Assembly: GCF_009914755.1 (NCBI RefSeq)
Contig: NC_060947.1
Length of the DNA: 64,000 nucleotides
DNA from: the human T2T-CHM13v2.0 reference genome, Homo sapiens
Reading direction: 5' to 3' (one strand)
Below the pieces are notes generated by a model. That model did no database searches, was not told the origin of the DNA, and saw nothing but the letters and a program-made list of their open reading frames with translations. Positions 24,622 through 42,165 of this stretch are shown piece after piece. The position numbers and the translations under genes are program-made. Positions within the stretch are counted from its first letter, which is position 1; each line of letters starts with the position of its first letter.

Positions 24622-25924
24622 CTCATCTTCACTGCAGTGGAGCAACCCACACCCATAGCCATGCCCTCCACCAGAAGGAACCACATGAAGGTCTGCCCAT
24701 CTTCCTGACCTCCATGGACAGTAGGCGACGCCCAGTCTCCTTTTGGTCTGGGGGTTTGTCTCATATGCTCTCCTTGGTACCCACCTGCCAGTGACTCCTC
24801 TGTGTTTCACACCCCTCTCAGGGGATCCCAGATCCACTTGGGTGCTGGTCTCTGTCTGGATGACTAGTACCAGTTTCCCTTAGAGAAGGGCCAATGGGAA
24901 ATGCTTATGTGAGGAAGGTAATGCTTCGCTTGACTGCTTTGCTCTTAAGTCCTCAAAAAACACCACTTACAAGACTGTAGACTCTATGCCGCTTACAGAC
25001 TTCAATGAAAAGTCAATAGTTTCTATATGAAATGATAGTGGAACAAACCACTAGTGAGCAATGGCTAAATATCATTGCCCCGGGAGTCCAAAAAGAACCA
25101 CCCATCTCCTGCCTCCCACAGAAAAGGTAAGTTTCTCTAGGGACACTTCATTTTGGGTGAATCCCTGTTCATGGCTTTTCTTCCTGTTTTGAGCACTGCC
25201 CTTTTCTCACCCTGTAAAGGGGAAAGTCCCCTTCATTAATCTGCTTCACTGTAGGGATTTCTTTATGTCTCATCAGTGGAATCTGTCCACATCTCCACCT
25301 CTCTATGAACATATGTACACATAGGGATACTCACACAAAAGCTAAGGAACGATGACTGTCACACAATAATCCCTAACCAATTCACTTTGCAAAATCTGAA
25401 TTTGTCAGCGTAGGTTAACCTCCATTACTCAGTCTGAGTCTCAGAGTCTTCAAAGTTCAATTCCTCATCCTCTGGACATCTCTGTCCTGCCAATCCATCA
25501 TTCTCAATTTGGCCATCCCTGGGGATACAGATTATCAGCATGTCTTTAACCAATAGCATGAAGTGTGGGGCTGGCGGGGTGACTTTTTTTTTTAATTAAA
25601 CAAAGCTAGCCTTTCTGGTTGATCTCATCTTTACCTCTCACTGTTTGAAATGTTTTATTTCTAAAGATGACCATTGTTTCTCTGCATCTTCAATTTCTTC
25701 TGCTCCACTGATACTTAACATCAGCATACTCCACCATCCTCTATCTTAAATACCTTCCCTTGTTCACACTTCCCTACTACTTATTGTTCCATATATTTGC
25801 TGCCCTTCACAGCAAAACTTTTCTGATATCTTGTCTAAACTGGTTGTCACCACTTCCTCATCTCCACTGTCAATGTCTTTTATCCCCTTCAGACCTTTAA
25901 ACCTGCCTTTCTTCATGGTCTTTA

Positions 25925-28114
25925 ACAAATAAATGCAATAGCAATCCTTAGAGGAAAGTTTATAGTAATAAATGCCTACATTAAAAAGTAGAAAAATGAC
26001 AAATAAACAACTTAACTTTACACGTGAAGGAACTAGAATAAAAAGTAAAAACGAAGTCCAAAGTTAGCAAAAGGAAATAATAAAATATAATATAGACTAG
26101 AGCAGAAATATGCCAAATAAATAACAAGTCAAATAGAGAAATGGTAAACAAAATCACCAAAATTAGGAGTTTCCTTCTTGAAAAGATTAACAAAATTGAT
26201 AAGCCTACAGCTAGACCTACTAAGAAAAAAGAGAGAAGCCACTAATAAATAAAATCAGGTTTGAAAGAGAAGATATTTCAATGGATGCCTCAGAAACAAA
26301 GAATATCCTAAGGGAAGATTATCAATGTATATACACCAACAAATCAGATAACCTACAATGGATACATTCTTAGAAACATAAAACCTACCAAAACTGAATA
26401 AAGCGAAGTAGAAATCCTGAACAGACCAAAACTATAAGGGTATTGCATTATTAATTAAAAATAGCCCAGCAAATAAAACCCCAGAAGCAGATGGATTCAT
26501 GGGTGACTTCTAACAAACATTCAAAGAAAAAGTGCTAACAATCCTTCTCAAACTCTTCCAAAAAATAGAAGATGGAATACTGGCAAACTCATCTTATAAA
26601 GTTAGCATCACCCTGATCACTAAAGATACCAAAAGAAAATACGACTGCTGACCTATATCCCTGACAAACATAGATGCAGAAATCCTCAATGAAATATTAG
26701 CAAATTGAATTCAACAGCACGTTAAATGTATCATACGTCATAACCAAGTGGGATTTATCTCTGGGATACAAGAATGATTCTTCGTGCTCAAATCAATCAG
26801 TGTGATACATCACATTAACAAAATGAACATAAATATACCCCACATGATTACCTTGATAGATGCACAAAAAGCATTTGGCAAATTTCAACATCGATTGATT
26901 AATCTGTCCATGATTAAAACTCTCAACAAGATAGATGTAGAAGGAACTTACCTCAACACAATAAAGGCCATGTATGAAAATCCCACAGCAAACTTTATAA
27001 TCAATAGGGAAAACCTAAAATCTGTCCCTCCAAGTTCAGGTACTAGGCAAATATGCCCACTCTCACCAATTCTATTCAATAGAGTACTGGAAGTCTTGGA
27101 GTTTTAGCCAGAACAACGAGATACAAAAAAGAAATAAAATTCTTCCAAATTGGAAAGGAAAAAGTAAAATTATCTCTGTTTTCAGTATCATCATAAAAAC
27201 GTTTTGTTTAAACAATGTTTGTAAAACGATGATGTTTTGACATCATCATAAACAAAGAAAACCATAAAGACTCAACCAAAAGTAACGTTAGAATTCATAA
27301 ACCAATTCGGTGTAATTGCAGGATATAAAATCAACATACAAAAATTAGTCACATTTCCACACGCAAACAGTGAACTATCCAAAAATGAAGTTAAGAAAAC
27401 AACCCATTCACAACAGTAACAAAAATAATTAAATAATAAAATACTTAGGAATAAAGCCAACTGAAGAAGTTTAAGACCTGTACACTGAAAATTACAGAAC
27501 ATTGATGAAATAAATTAAAGAAGACACAGATGAATGGAAAGACATCTTGTGTTCTATACATTTCCAATATGTATAGAAACTCCTAAAAGTCAATAGCAAA
27601 ACATGTATTAAAAATTTAAAAATGGCAAAAGACTTGAATGGACATTTCTCTAAAGAATACAAACAAATGGCCAACATGTATATGAAAAGATGCTCAATAT
27701 CACTAAGCATAAGGAAAATGCAAATCAAAACTAGAAGGAGATATCACCTCGTGCCTGTTAGAATAGTTGTAACAACAGAAAACACTAAGGGCAATATGTA
27801 TTGACAATATTGCCGAGAAATTGAAACCCTTTTAAAATATGGTAGGTATACAACGTGATGCAGTCATTATCAAAAACATTACAGGGTTCCACGAAAAAAT
27901 TGCCATATGATCCAGCAATCCCACTTCTAGATATATTAAAAAGACGAATACAGGATCTCAAAGGGATATCTGCACTCTATGTTTGCTTCAGCATTATTTA
28001 CAATAATCAAGTGATGGAAAAAACCCAAATGTCAATTGACAGATGAATGGATCAAGAAAATATGGTGACACACAATGGGATATTATTCAGACTTTAAGAA
28101 GGAAGACTTCCTGT
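25925..28114 (+). mobile_element. Old L1MA-type ORF2 (left part; continues at 42166)
   Basis: ORF2-like peptide HMITLIDAQKAFGK...GTRQICPLSPILFN. Confidence 0.85.
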
Positions 28115-31100
28115 GGAGGAGGTAGAGCAAGATGGCAGAATAGAAGGCTCCTCCGATCGACCCCCCATCCCTACTCCGCAAGGACATCAATTTATCTACA
28201 CACAAAAATATGTTCATGAGAACCAAAAATCACAGTACCTGGTTTTCACTTTGTATCACTGAAAGATGCACTTAAGATGTAAAAGGGACTGTCTTGAATT
28301 GCTGACATGACCCATCCCACACCTCCCAACAGCAGTGGTGTGGTGTGGAGAGCACTTTTGCACGCTGGTGGAAGGAGAGCACAGCAACTGCAAGGCATTG
28401 AACTGAATGCTGTCCTGTTAGAGCAGAAAGGAAAACACAGCCATCAACTCAGCTGATGCCTACCCACAAAGGGAGCATTTAAACCAGCCTAGCCAGAGGG
28501 GAATTGCCAATGCCAGCAGTCAGAACTTGAGTTCCCACAAACCTCGCCACTGAGGAGTAACATGCTCTGGGTCTCTAAGTAAACTTGGAAGGCAGTCTAG
28601 GCCACAAGAACTGCAACTCTTAGGCAAGTCCTAGTGCTGAACTGGACCCAGAGACAGTGGACTGGGAGGGCACGTGACCTACTGAGACACCAGCTGGTGT
28701 GGCTAAGGGAGTGCTGGCATCACCCTCCCTGAACCCCAGGTTGCACAGCTTGCAGCTCCAAAAGAGACCCCTTCCTTCCACTTGAGGAGAGGAGAGGGAA
28801 GACTGGGGAGGACTTTGTCTTACATCTTGGATACCAGCTCAGCCACAGCAGGATAGGGCACCAGTCAGAGCCATAAGGCCCCCATTCTTGGCACTAGCTC
28901 CCATACATGTCTAGACACTCCCTGGGCCAGAAGGGAACCCACTGTCTTGAAGGGAAGGATCCAGTCCTGGCATCTTTTATCACCTGCTAACTGAAGTGTG
29001 CTTGGGCCCTTAAAAACCAGAAGTGATACCCAGGTACTACGTTGAGGGCCTTGGGAGAGTCTCTGAGACTTTCTGGATTCAGGAGAGACTTAGCACATTC
29101 TTAGCTGTGGTGGCTAGAGAGCAAAACTCCTTCTGCCTGTGAAAAGCAGAGGGAAAAGTAAAAGGGACTTTGTCTTGCACCTTAGGTACCAGCTTGGCCA
29201 CAGGGGAGTTGAGGACCAAGCAAGCTCTTGGAGTTCCTGATTCTAGGACTTGACTCTTGGATGGCATTTCTGGACCTGCCCTGGGGCAAATGGGAGCCCA
29301 TTGCCCTGAAAGGTGAGTTCCAGGCCAGGCAGCATTCACCACAAGCTGACTTAGGAGCCCCTGGGCCTTACAGGAACATCAGTGATAGTCTGGCAGCACT
29401 CCCTGTGGCCTGTGGTGGTATTGGCTATAGGGTGAGGCTCCTCTGCATTTGGAAAGAGGAGGGAAGAGTGAGAAGGGATGCATCTTGTGGTCTGATTGCC
29501 AGCTCAGCCACAGTACAATAGAACACCAGGTAGATTTCTAAGGATTTTTACTCTAACCCCTAATTCCCGGACGGTATCTCTGGACCCACTTGGGGCCTGG
29601 GGGACCTCACTGCCTTGAAGGGAAGGACAGAGGTCTGGCTGGCTTTGCCCCCTGCTGATTGTGGAATCCCAGGGCTTTGAGTGAACATAGGCAGTAGCCA
29701 GGGAGTGGTTACATCAGGCCTTGTTCAAAACCCAGTGTTGTTCAGGCATCAGGTCTGACCCAGTGCAGTCCCAGTGGTGGTGGCCACAGGGCATCTTGTG
29801 TCACTCTACCACCAGCTTTAGGTGGCTTGGAACACAGAGAGAGACTCCATTTGTTTGGGAGAAAATAAGGGAAGAAAATAAGAGTCTCTGCCTGGTATTT
29901 CAGAGAATTCTCCCGAAATCTGTCCTAGACCATCAGGGTGGTACCTCTGCACATCTGCAAGAATGATAGCATTATGGGCTTGGGGTGCCCCCTAAAGCAA
30001 ATACAGCTTAAATCACAACACCAACTCCTTTTGAATAGCTGGAAAGCCTTACTAAGGAGGACAGGTACAAACAAGCCCAGACAATGAAGACTACAATAAA
30101 TACCAATGCACAGACACTGACAAACATCTACAAACATCAACATCATCTGGGAAAACATTACCTCACCAAGTGAACTAAATAAGGCACCAGAGACCAATCC
30201 TGGAGAAACAGAGATATGTGACCTTTCAGACAGATAATTCAGTATAGCTGTTTTGAGGAAGCTCAAAGAAATTCAAGAGTAACACTGAGAAGGAATTCAG
30301 AATTTTATTAGATAAACTTAACAAAGATATTGAAATAATTAAGATGAATTGAGCAGAAATTCTGGAGTTGAAAAATGCAATTGGCATACTGAAGAATAGA
30401 TCAGCATCTTTTAATACCAGAATTGATCAAGCAGAACAAAGAATTAGTGAGCTTGAAGACAAGCTATTTGAAAATACACAGAAGAGACAAAAGGAAAAAG
30501 AAAAACAAACAATGAAGCACACCTAAAAGATCTAGAAAATAGCCTCATGAAAGCAAAGCTAAGAGTTATTAGCCTTAAAAAGAAGGTAGAGAAAGAGATA
30601 GGGGTAGAAAGTTTATTCAAAGGGAACATAACAGAGAACTTCCCAAACCTAGAGGAAGATATCAATATGCAAGTACTAGAAAATTATAGGACACCAAGCA
30701 GATTTAACCCAAAGAAGACTAGCTCAAGACATTTAATAATCAAACTCCCAAAGATCAAGGATAAAGAAAGGATTCTAAAAGCAGCAAGAGACAAGAAACA
30801 AATAACATATAATAGAATTCCAATACATCTGGTAGCTGGCTTTTCAGTAGAAACTTTACAGGCCAGGAGAGAGTCACATGGCATATTTAAAGTGCTGAAG
30901 GAAAGAAACGCTTACCCTAGAATAGTATATCTGGCAAAAAAAAAAAAAAAAATCCTTCAAACATGAAAGAAAAATAAAGACATTACCAGACAAACAAAAG
31001 CTGAGAGATTTCATGAACACCAGACCTGTCCCACAAGAAATGCTAAAAGAGGTACTTCAACTGGAAGGAAAGGACAATAATGAGCATCAAGTAATCACCT

Positions 31101-31613
31101 AAAGATACAAAACTCACAGGTAATAGTAAATACACAGAAAAACACAGAATATTACAACACTGTAACTGCAGTGTGTAAACTACTCTTTCCCTAAGTAGAA
31201 AGGCTAAATGATGAGCCAATCAAAAATAATAATTACAATGTTTTTCACGACATGAACAGTACAATAAGATATAAGAGAAAAAAGAAAAAATTAATAAGTA
31301 GGGGGACAAAGTTAAGGTATAGCATTTTTATTAGCTTTCTTTTTGCATGTTTGCTTATTTATGCAAACAGTGTTGTTATCAGCTTAAAACAATTGGTTAT
31401 AAGATAGAAATTGCAAGCCTCATGGTAACCTCAAACCAAAAACATACACAAGGGACACACACAAAAAAATCAAGAAACCGACATATATCACCAGTGAAAA
31501 TCACCCTCACTTGAGGAAGACAGGAAGGAAAGAAAGAAGGAAGAAAAGACCACAAAACACCAGAAAACAAATAACAAAAGGGCAGGAATAAGTTATTACT
31601 TATCAGTAATATT

Positions 31614-32458
31614 TGTATTACTTCATTCTCATGTTGCTTTAAAGAACTGTCTGAGACTGGGTAATTTATAAAGAAAAGAAGTTTAATTGACTCACAGTTC
31701 CACAGGGCTGGGGAGGCCTCAGGAAACTTGTGACCATAGCAGAAGGGGAAGCAAACACATCCTTTTACACATGGCAGCAGGAAGGAGAAGTTTTGGGAGC
31801 AAGCCCCCCAAAATCTGGCCATAAACTGGCCCCAAAACTGGCCATAAACAGAATCTCTGCAGTACTGTGACATGTTCATAATGGCCCTAATGCCCAAGCT
31901 GGAAGGTTGTGGGTTTACGGGAATGAGGGCAAGGAAGAACTGGCCCACCCAGGGTGGAAAACAGCTTAAAGGCATTCTTAAGCCACAAACAATAGCATGA
32001 GCGATCTGTGCCTTAAGGACATGCTCCTGCTGCAGTTAACTATCCCAACCTATTCCTTTAATTCGGCCCATCCCTTCGTTTCCCATAAGGGATACTTTTA
32101 GTTATTTTAACATCTATGGAAACAATGCTAATGACTGGTTTGCTGTTAATAAATACGTGGGTAAATCTCTGTTCGGGGCTCTCAGCTCTGAAGGCTGTGA
32201 GAACCCTGATTTCACACTTCACACCTCTATATTTCTGTGTGTGTGTCTTTAATTCCTCTAGTGCTGCTGGGTTAGGGTCTCTCTGACCAAAATCATCAGA
32301 TCTTGTGAGAACTCACTCACTATCACGAGAACAGCATGTGGTAACCGCCCCCAAGATTCAATTACGTCCCACCAGGTCCCTCCCATGACGTGGGGATTAT
32401 GGGAACTATAATACAATTCAAGGTGAAATTTGGGTGTGGACACATCCAAGCCATATCA
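31614..32458. mobile_element. THE1 (C/D-like) MaLR solo LTR, split by MER9
   Basis: tgtatta...gagactgggtaatttataaagaaaagaagtttaattgactcacagttccac...ccatatca; perfect TSD ATATT at 31609-31613 and 32459-32463. Confidence 0.9.
31791..32288 (+). mobile_element. MER9 (HERV-K9/HML-3) solo LTR, 3' end clipped
   Basis: ttgggagcaagccccccaaaatctggccataaactggcccc start; AATAAA near 32148; ends gggttagggtctctctgacc. Confidence 0.85.
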
Positions 32459-34066
32459 ATATTGAATGAAAATGGACTAAACTCTCCAATCACAAGACAT
32501 AGACTAGCTGAATGGATAAAAAACAATACCCATCAGTCTGTTGCCTACAAGAAACACACTTCACCTATAAAGACACACAAAGACTGAAAATAAAAGGATG
32601 GAAAAAGGTAGTCCATAGCAATGGAAACCAAAAAGCAGCAGGAGTCACTGTACTTACATCAGACAAAATAGATGTCAAGACCAAAACCATAAGAAAAGAA
32701 ACAGGTCACTGTATAATGCTGAAGGGTTCAACTTAGCAAGAGGATATAACAATTTTAAGTATATATGCACCCAACACTGGAGCACCCAAATATATAAAGC
32801 AAATATTATTAGAGTGAAAGAGACAGGCCCCAATACAATGATAGCTGGAAACTTCAACACCCCATTTTCAGCACTGGACAGATCTTCCAGTCAGAGAACC
32901 AAGAAAGAAACATCAGATTTAATCTTTATTGTAAATCAAATGGCTCTAATAGTTTGCAAGAGCAAATCAAACCCCAACATTAGTAGAAGAAAAGGAATAA
33001 TAAATATCAGAGCAGAAATAATGTTGAAGAAAGAAGGCAGAAGATTAATGAACTAAAAAAGTTACTTTTTTGAAAACTTAAACAAAATTGACCAACCTCT
33101 AGCCAGACTAAGAGAGAAGATCCAAATAAATAAAATCAGACATGAAAAAAGAGACATTAAAGCTGATACTGCAGAAATTCAAAGGATTATTAGTGACTAA
33201 TATGAGCAACTAAATGCCAATAAACTGGAAAATCTAGAAGAAATGGGCAAATTCCTAGACACATACACCCACCAACATTGAACCTGAAAGAAACCCAAAA
33301 CCTGAACAGACCAATAACAAGTAACAAAATTGAGGCCATAATAAAGTCTGCCAGTAAAGAAAAGCCCAGGACCCAATGGCTTCCCTGCTGAATTCTACCA
33401 AATATTTAAAGATGAGCTAATACTAATCCTACTCAATACTACTCCGAAAAATAGAGGAAGAGAGACTACTTCCAAACTCATTCTACGAGGCCAGTATTAC
33501 CCTGATACCACAACCAGGCATCAAAAAAAGAAAGCTACAGGCCAATATCTCTTAGGAATATTAATGCAAAAATCCTCAACAAAATACTAGCTAACTGAAT
33601 TCAATAATACATTAGAAAGATCAGTCATCACGACCAACTGGGATTTCTCCCTGGAATGCAAGGATGATTCAACATATGCCAATCAATCAATATGATACAT
33701 CCTATCAACAGAATGAAGGATAAAAATGATATAACCATTTCAATGGATCATTTCTATATAAAGCATTTGATAATATCCAACATCCCTTCATGATAAAAAC
33801 CCTCAAAAACTGGGGATAGAAGGAATATACCTCGGCAAACGTGAAGATGGCTGAATAGGAACAGCTCCAGTCTACAGCTCCCAGCGTAAGCGACGCAGAA
33901 GACGGGTGATTTCTGCATTTCCATCTGAGGTACCGGGTTCATCTCACTAGGGAGTGCCAGACAGTGGGCGCAGGCCAGTGGGTGCGCGCACCGTGCGCGA
34001 GCCAAAGCAGGGCGAGGCATTGCCTCACCTGGGAAGCGCAAAGGGTCAGGGAGTTCCCTTTCCGAG

Positions 34067-34282
34067 TCAAAGAAAGGGGTGATGGACCCACCTGGAAAAT
34101 CGGGTCACTCCCACCCGAATATTGCGCTTTTCAGACCGGCTTAAAAAACGGCGCACCATGAGACTATATCCCACACCTGGCTCGGAGGGTCCTACGCCCA
34201 CGGAATCTCGCTGATTGCTAGCACAGCAGTCTGAGATCAAACTGCAAGGCGGCAGCGAGGCTGGGGGAGGGGCGCCCGCCAT
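34067..34282 (-). CDS. L1 ORF0 (71 aa, intact)
   Basis: MAGAPPPASLPPCSLISDCCASNQRDSVGVGPSEPGVGYSLMVRRFLSRSEKRNIRVGVTRFSRWVHHPFL*, antisense within the 5' UTR. Confidence 0.8.
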   Translation of the reverse strand: MAGAPPPASLPPCSLISDCCASNQRDSVGVGPSEPGVGYSLMVRRFLSRSEKRNIRVGVTRFSRWVHHPFL

Positions 34283-34741
34283 TGCCCAGGCTTGCTTAGG
34301 TAAACAAAGCAGCCGGGAAGCTCGAACTGGGTGGAGCCCACCACAGCTCAAGGAGGCCTGCCTGCCTCTGTAGGCTCCACCTCTGGGGGCACAGCACAGA
34401 CAAACAAAAAGACAGCAGTACCCTCTGCAGACTTAAATGTCCCTGTCTGACAGCTTTGAAGAGAGCAGTGGTTCTCCCAGCATGCAGCTGGAGATCTGAG
34501 AACTGGCAGACGGCCTCCTCAAGTGGGTCCCTGACCCCTGACCCCTGAGCAGCCTAACTGGGAGGCACCCCCCAGCAGGGGCACACTGACGCCTCATACA
34601 GCAGGGTATTCCAACAGACCTGCAGCTGAGGGTCCTGTCTGTTTGTTAGAAGGAAAACTAACAAACAGAAAGGACATCCACACCAAAAACCCATCTGTAC
34701 ATCACCATCATCAAAGACCAAAAGTAGATAAAACCACAAAG

Positions 34742-35757
34742 ATGGGGAAAAAACAGAACAGAAAAACTGGAAACTCTAAAACGCAGAGCGCCTCTGCTCC
34801 TCCAAAGGAACGCAGTTCCTCACCAGCAACGGAACAAAGCAGGATGGAGAATGACTTTGATGAGCTGAGAGAAGAAGGCTTCAGACGAACAAATTACTCT
34901 GAGCTACGGGAGGACATTCAAACCAAAGCAAAGAAGTTGAAAACTTTGAAAAAAATTTAGAAGAATGTATAACTAGAATAACCAATACAGAGAAGTGCTT
35001 AAAGGAGCTGATGGAGCTGAAAACCAAGGCCCGAGAACTACGTGAAGAATGCAGAACCCTCAGGAGCCGATGCGATCAACTGGAAGAAAGGGTATCAGCA
35101 ATGGAAGATGAAAGGAATGAAATGAAGTGAGAAGGGAAGTTTAGAGAAAAGAGAATAAAAAGAAATGAACAAAGCCTCCAAGAAATATGGGACTATGTGA
35201 AAAGACAAAATCTACATCTGATTGGTGTTCCTGAAAGTGATGGGGAGAATGGAACCAAGTTGGAAAACACTCTGCAGGATATTATCCAGGAGAACTTCCC
35301 CAATCTAGCAAGGCAGGCCAACGTTCAGATTCAGGAAATACAGAGAACGCCACAAAGATACTCCTCGAGAAGAGCAACTCCAAGACACATAATTGTCAGA
35401 TTCACCAAAGTTGAAATGAAGGAAAAAATGTTAAGGGCAGCCAGAGAGAAAGGTCGGGTTACCCTCAAAGGGAAGCCCATCAGACTAACAGCGGATCTCT
35501 CGGCAGGAACCCTACAAGCCAGAAGAGAGTGGGGGCCAATATTCAACATTCTTAAAGAAAAGAATTTTCAACCCAGAATTTCATATCCAGCCAAACTAAG
35601 CTTCATAAGTGAAGGAGAAATAAAATACTTTACAGACAAGCAAATGCTGAGAGATTTTGTCACCACCAGGCCTGCCCTAAAAGAGCTCCTGAAGGAAGTG
35701 CTAAACATGGAAAGGAACAACCAGTACCAGCCGCTGCAAAATCATGCCAAAATGTAA
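34742..35757 (+). pseudogene. L1 ORF1, disrupted
   Basis: MGKKQNRKTGNSK start; frameshift near 34927 and in-frame TGA near 35128; ends ...QNHAKM*. Confidence 0.92.
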
Positions 35758-35793
35758 AGACCATCGAGACTAGGAAGAAACTGCATCAACTAA

Positions 35794-39647
<3,854 letters not shown>

Positions 39648-42165
39648 ACGATGAGATCACATGGACACAGGAAGGGGAATATCACACTCTGGGACTGTTG
39701 TGGGGTGGGGGAAGGGGGGAGGGATAGCATTGGGAGATATACCTAATGCTAGATGACGAGTTAGTGGGTGCAGCGCACCAGCATGGCACATGTATACATA
39801 TGTAACTAACCTGCACAATGTGCACATGTACCCTAAAACTTAAAGTATAATTAAAAAAAAGAAGGAATATACCTCAACATAATTAAAGTCATTTATGACA
39901 GACCCACAACTAGCATCACACTGAATGGGGAAAAACTGAAATCATTTCTTCTAAGATCTGAAACACAACAAGGAAGCCCACTTTCACTGCTGCTATTCAG
40001 CATGGTACTAGATGTCCTAGCTAGAGCAATCAGACAAGAGAAAGACATAATGGACATCCAAGTTGGAAAGCAAGAAGTTTAATTATTCTTGTTTGCAGAA
40101 AATATGATCTTATAAATGAAAAAATCTAAAGACTCCGTGAGAAAACTATTTGAGCTAATAAACAAACTCAGTAAAGTTGCAGGATACAAAATCGACATAT
40201 GAAAGTCAGTAGCATTTGTATATGCCAACAGTGAGCAATCTGAAAAAGAAATAAAAAAGTAATCCCATTTACAATAGCCACACATAAAATTAAATACCCA
40301 GGAATTAACCGAAGAAGTGAAAGATCTCTATAAAGAAAACTATAAAACACTGATGAAATAAATTGAAGAGGACACGAAAAAATGGAAAAATATTCCATGT
40401 TCACAGATTGGAAGAATCAACACTGTTAAAATCTTCATACCACCCAAAGCAATTTACAGATTCAATGCAATCCCTATCAAAATACCAATGACATTCTTCA
40501 CAGAAATAGAAAAAACAATTCTAAAATTTATATGAAACCAAAAAAGACCAAGAATAGCCAGCACTATTTGGCTAACAAATAAAAATAAAACATTATGAAC
40601 TTAAAGTTTATACTACTGAGATATAATAACCAAAACAGCATGGTACTGGCATCAAAAGAGACACAGAGACCAATAGAACAGAATAGAGAACCCATAAACA
40701 AATCCACACACCTACACTGAACTCATTTTCGACAAAGGTGCCAAGTACCTACAGTAGGAAAAAGACAGTCTGTTCTATAAATGTTGCTGAGAAAACTGGA
40801 TATCCATATGCAGAAGAATGAAACTAGGCCCCTATCTGTCACCATATAGAAAAATCAAATCAAAATGTATTAATGACTTAAATCTAAGACCTCAAACTAT
40901 GGGACTACTGCACAAAAACATTGGGGAAAATTTCCAGGACATCAGACTGGGCAAAGATTTCTTGAGCAATACCCCACAAGCACAGGCAACCAAAGCAAAA
41001 ATGGACAAATGAGATCACATCAAGTTAAAAGGCTTCTTCTGCACATCAAAGGAAACAATCAAGAAAGTGAAAAGACAACCCATAGAATGGGAGAAAATAT
41101 TTGCAAACTACCCATCTGACAAGGGATTAATAACCAGAATATAGAAGGAGGTCAAACAACTCTATAAAACATCTAATGATCCGATCAAAAAATGGACAAA
41201 AGATTTGAATAGACATTTCTCAAAAGAAGACATACAAATGACAAAAAGTCATATGAAAAGGTGCTCAACATCACTGATCATCATAGAAATGCAAAACAAA
41301 ACTACAATGAGATATCATCTCACCCCAGTTTAAATGGCTTCTATCCAAAAGACAGGCAATAACAAATGCTGGCGAGGATGTGGAGTAAAGGGAACTCTTG
41401 TACACTGTTGGTGGGAGTATACATTGGTACGGCCACTATGGAGAACAGTTTGGAGGTTCCTCAGAAAACTAAAACTTGAGCTACCATATGATCCAGCAAT
41501 TTCAGTGCTGGATATATACCCCCAAAGAAAGAAAATCAGTATATTGGAGAGATATCTGCACTCACATATTTGTTGTGGCACTATTCACAATAGCTAAGAT
41601 TTGGAAGCAACCTAAGTGTCCATCAAGAGATGAATGGATAAAAAACATGGTACATATACACAATGGAGTACTATTCAGCCATAAAAAGAATGAGATCCTG
41701 TCATTTGCAACAACATGGATGGAACTGGAGATGATTATATTAAGTGAAATAAGCTAAGCACAGAAAGACAAACACTGCATGTTCTCACTTGTTTGTAGGA
41801 TCTAAAAATCCAAACAGTTGAACTCATGGACACAGAGAATAGAAGCCTGGTACCAGAGGCTGGGAAGGGTAGTGGGGGCTGGTGAGAAGGTAAGGATCAT
41901 TATTGGGTACAAAAAAATAAAAAGAATTTATAACACCTACTATTTGATAGTACAACAGGGTGGCTGTAGTCAATAATAATTTAATTGTACATTTAAAAAT
42001 AACTAAAAGAGTGTAACTGGTTTCTTTTATTATAACACAAAGGATAAATGCTTGAGGGGATGCATATCCCATTCTCTATGATGTGATCATTGTACAGCAC
42101 ACTCCTGTACCAAAACATCTCATGTATGCCCACAAAAATTAAAAATAAAAAAAATTAAAATAAAA

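Larger units (their letters stand above)
23205..25900 (+). repeat. Copy 2 of the ancient direct segmental duplication
   Basis: Colinear with 12825-15500; truncated on the right by an L1. Confidence 0.95.
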
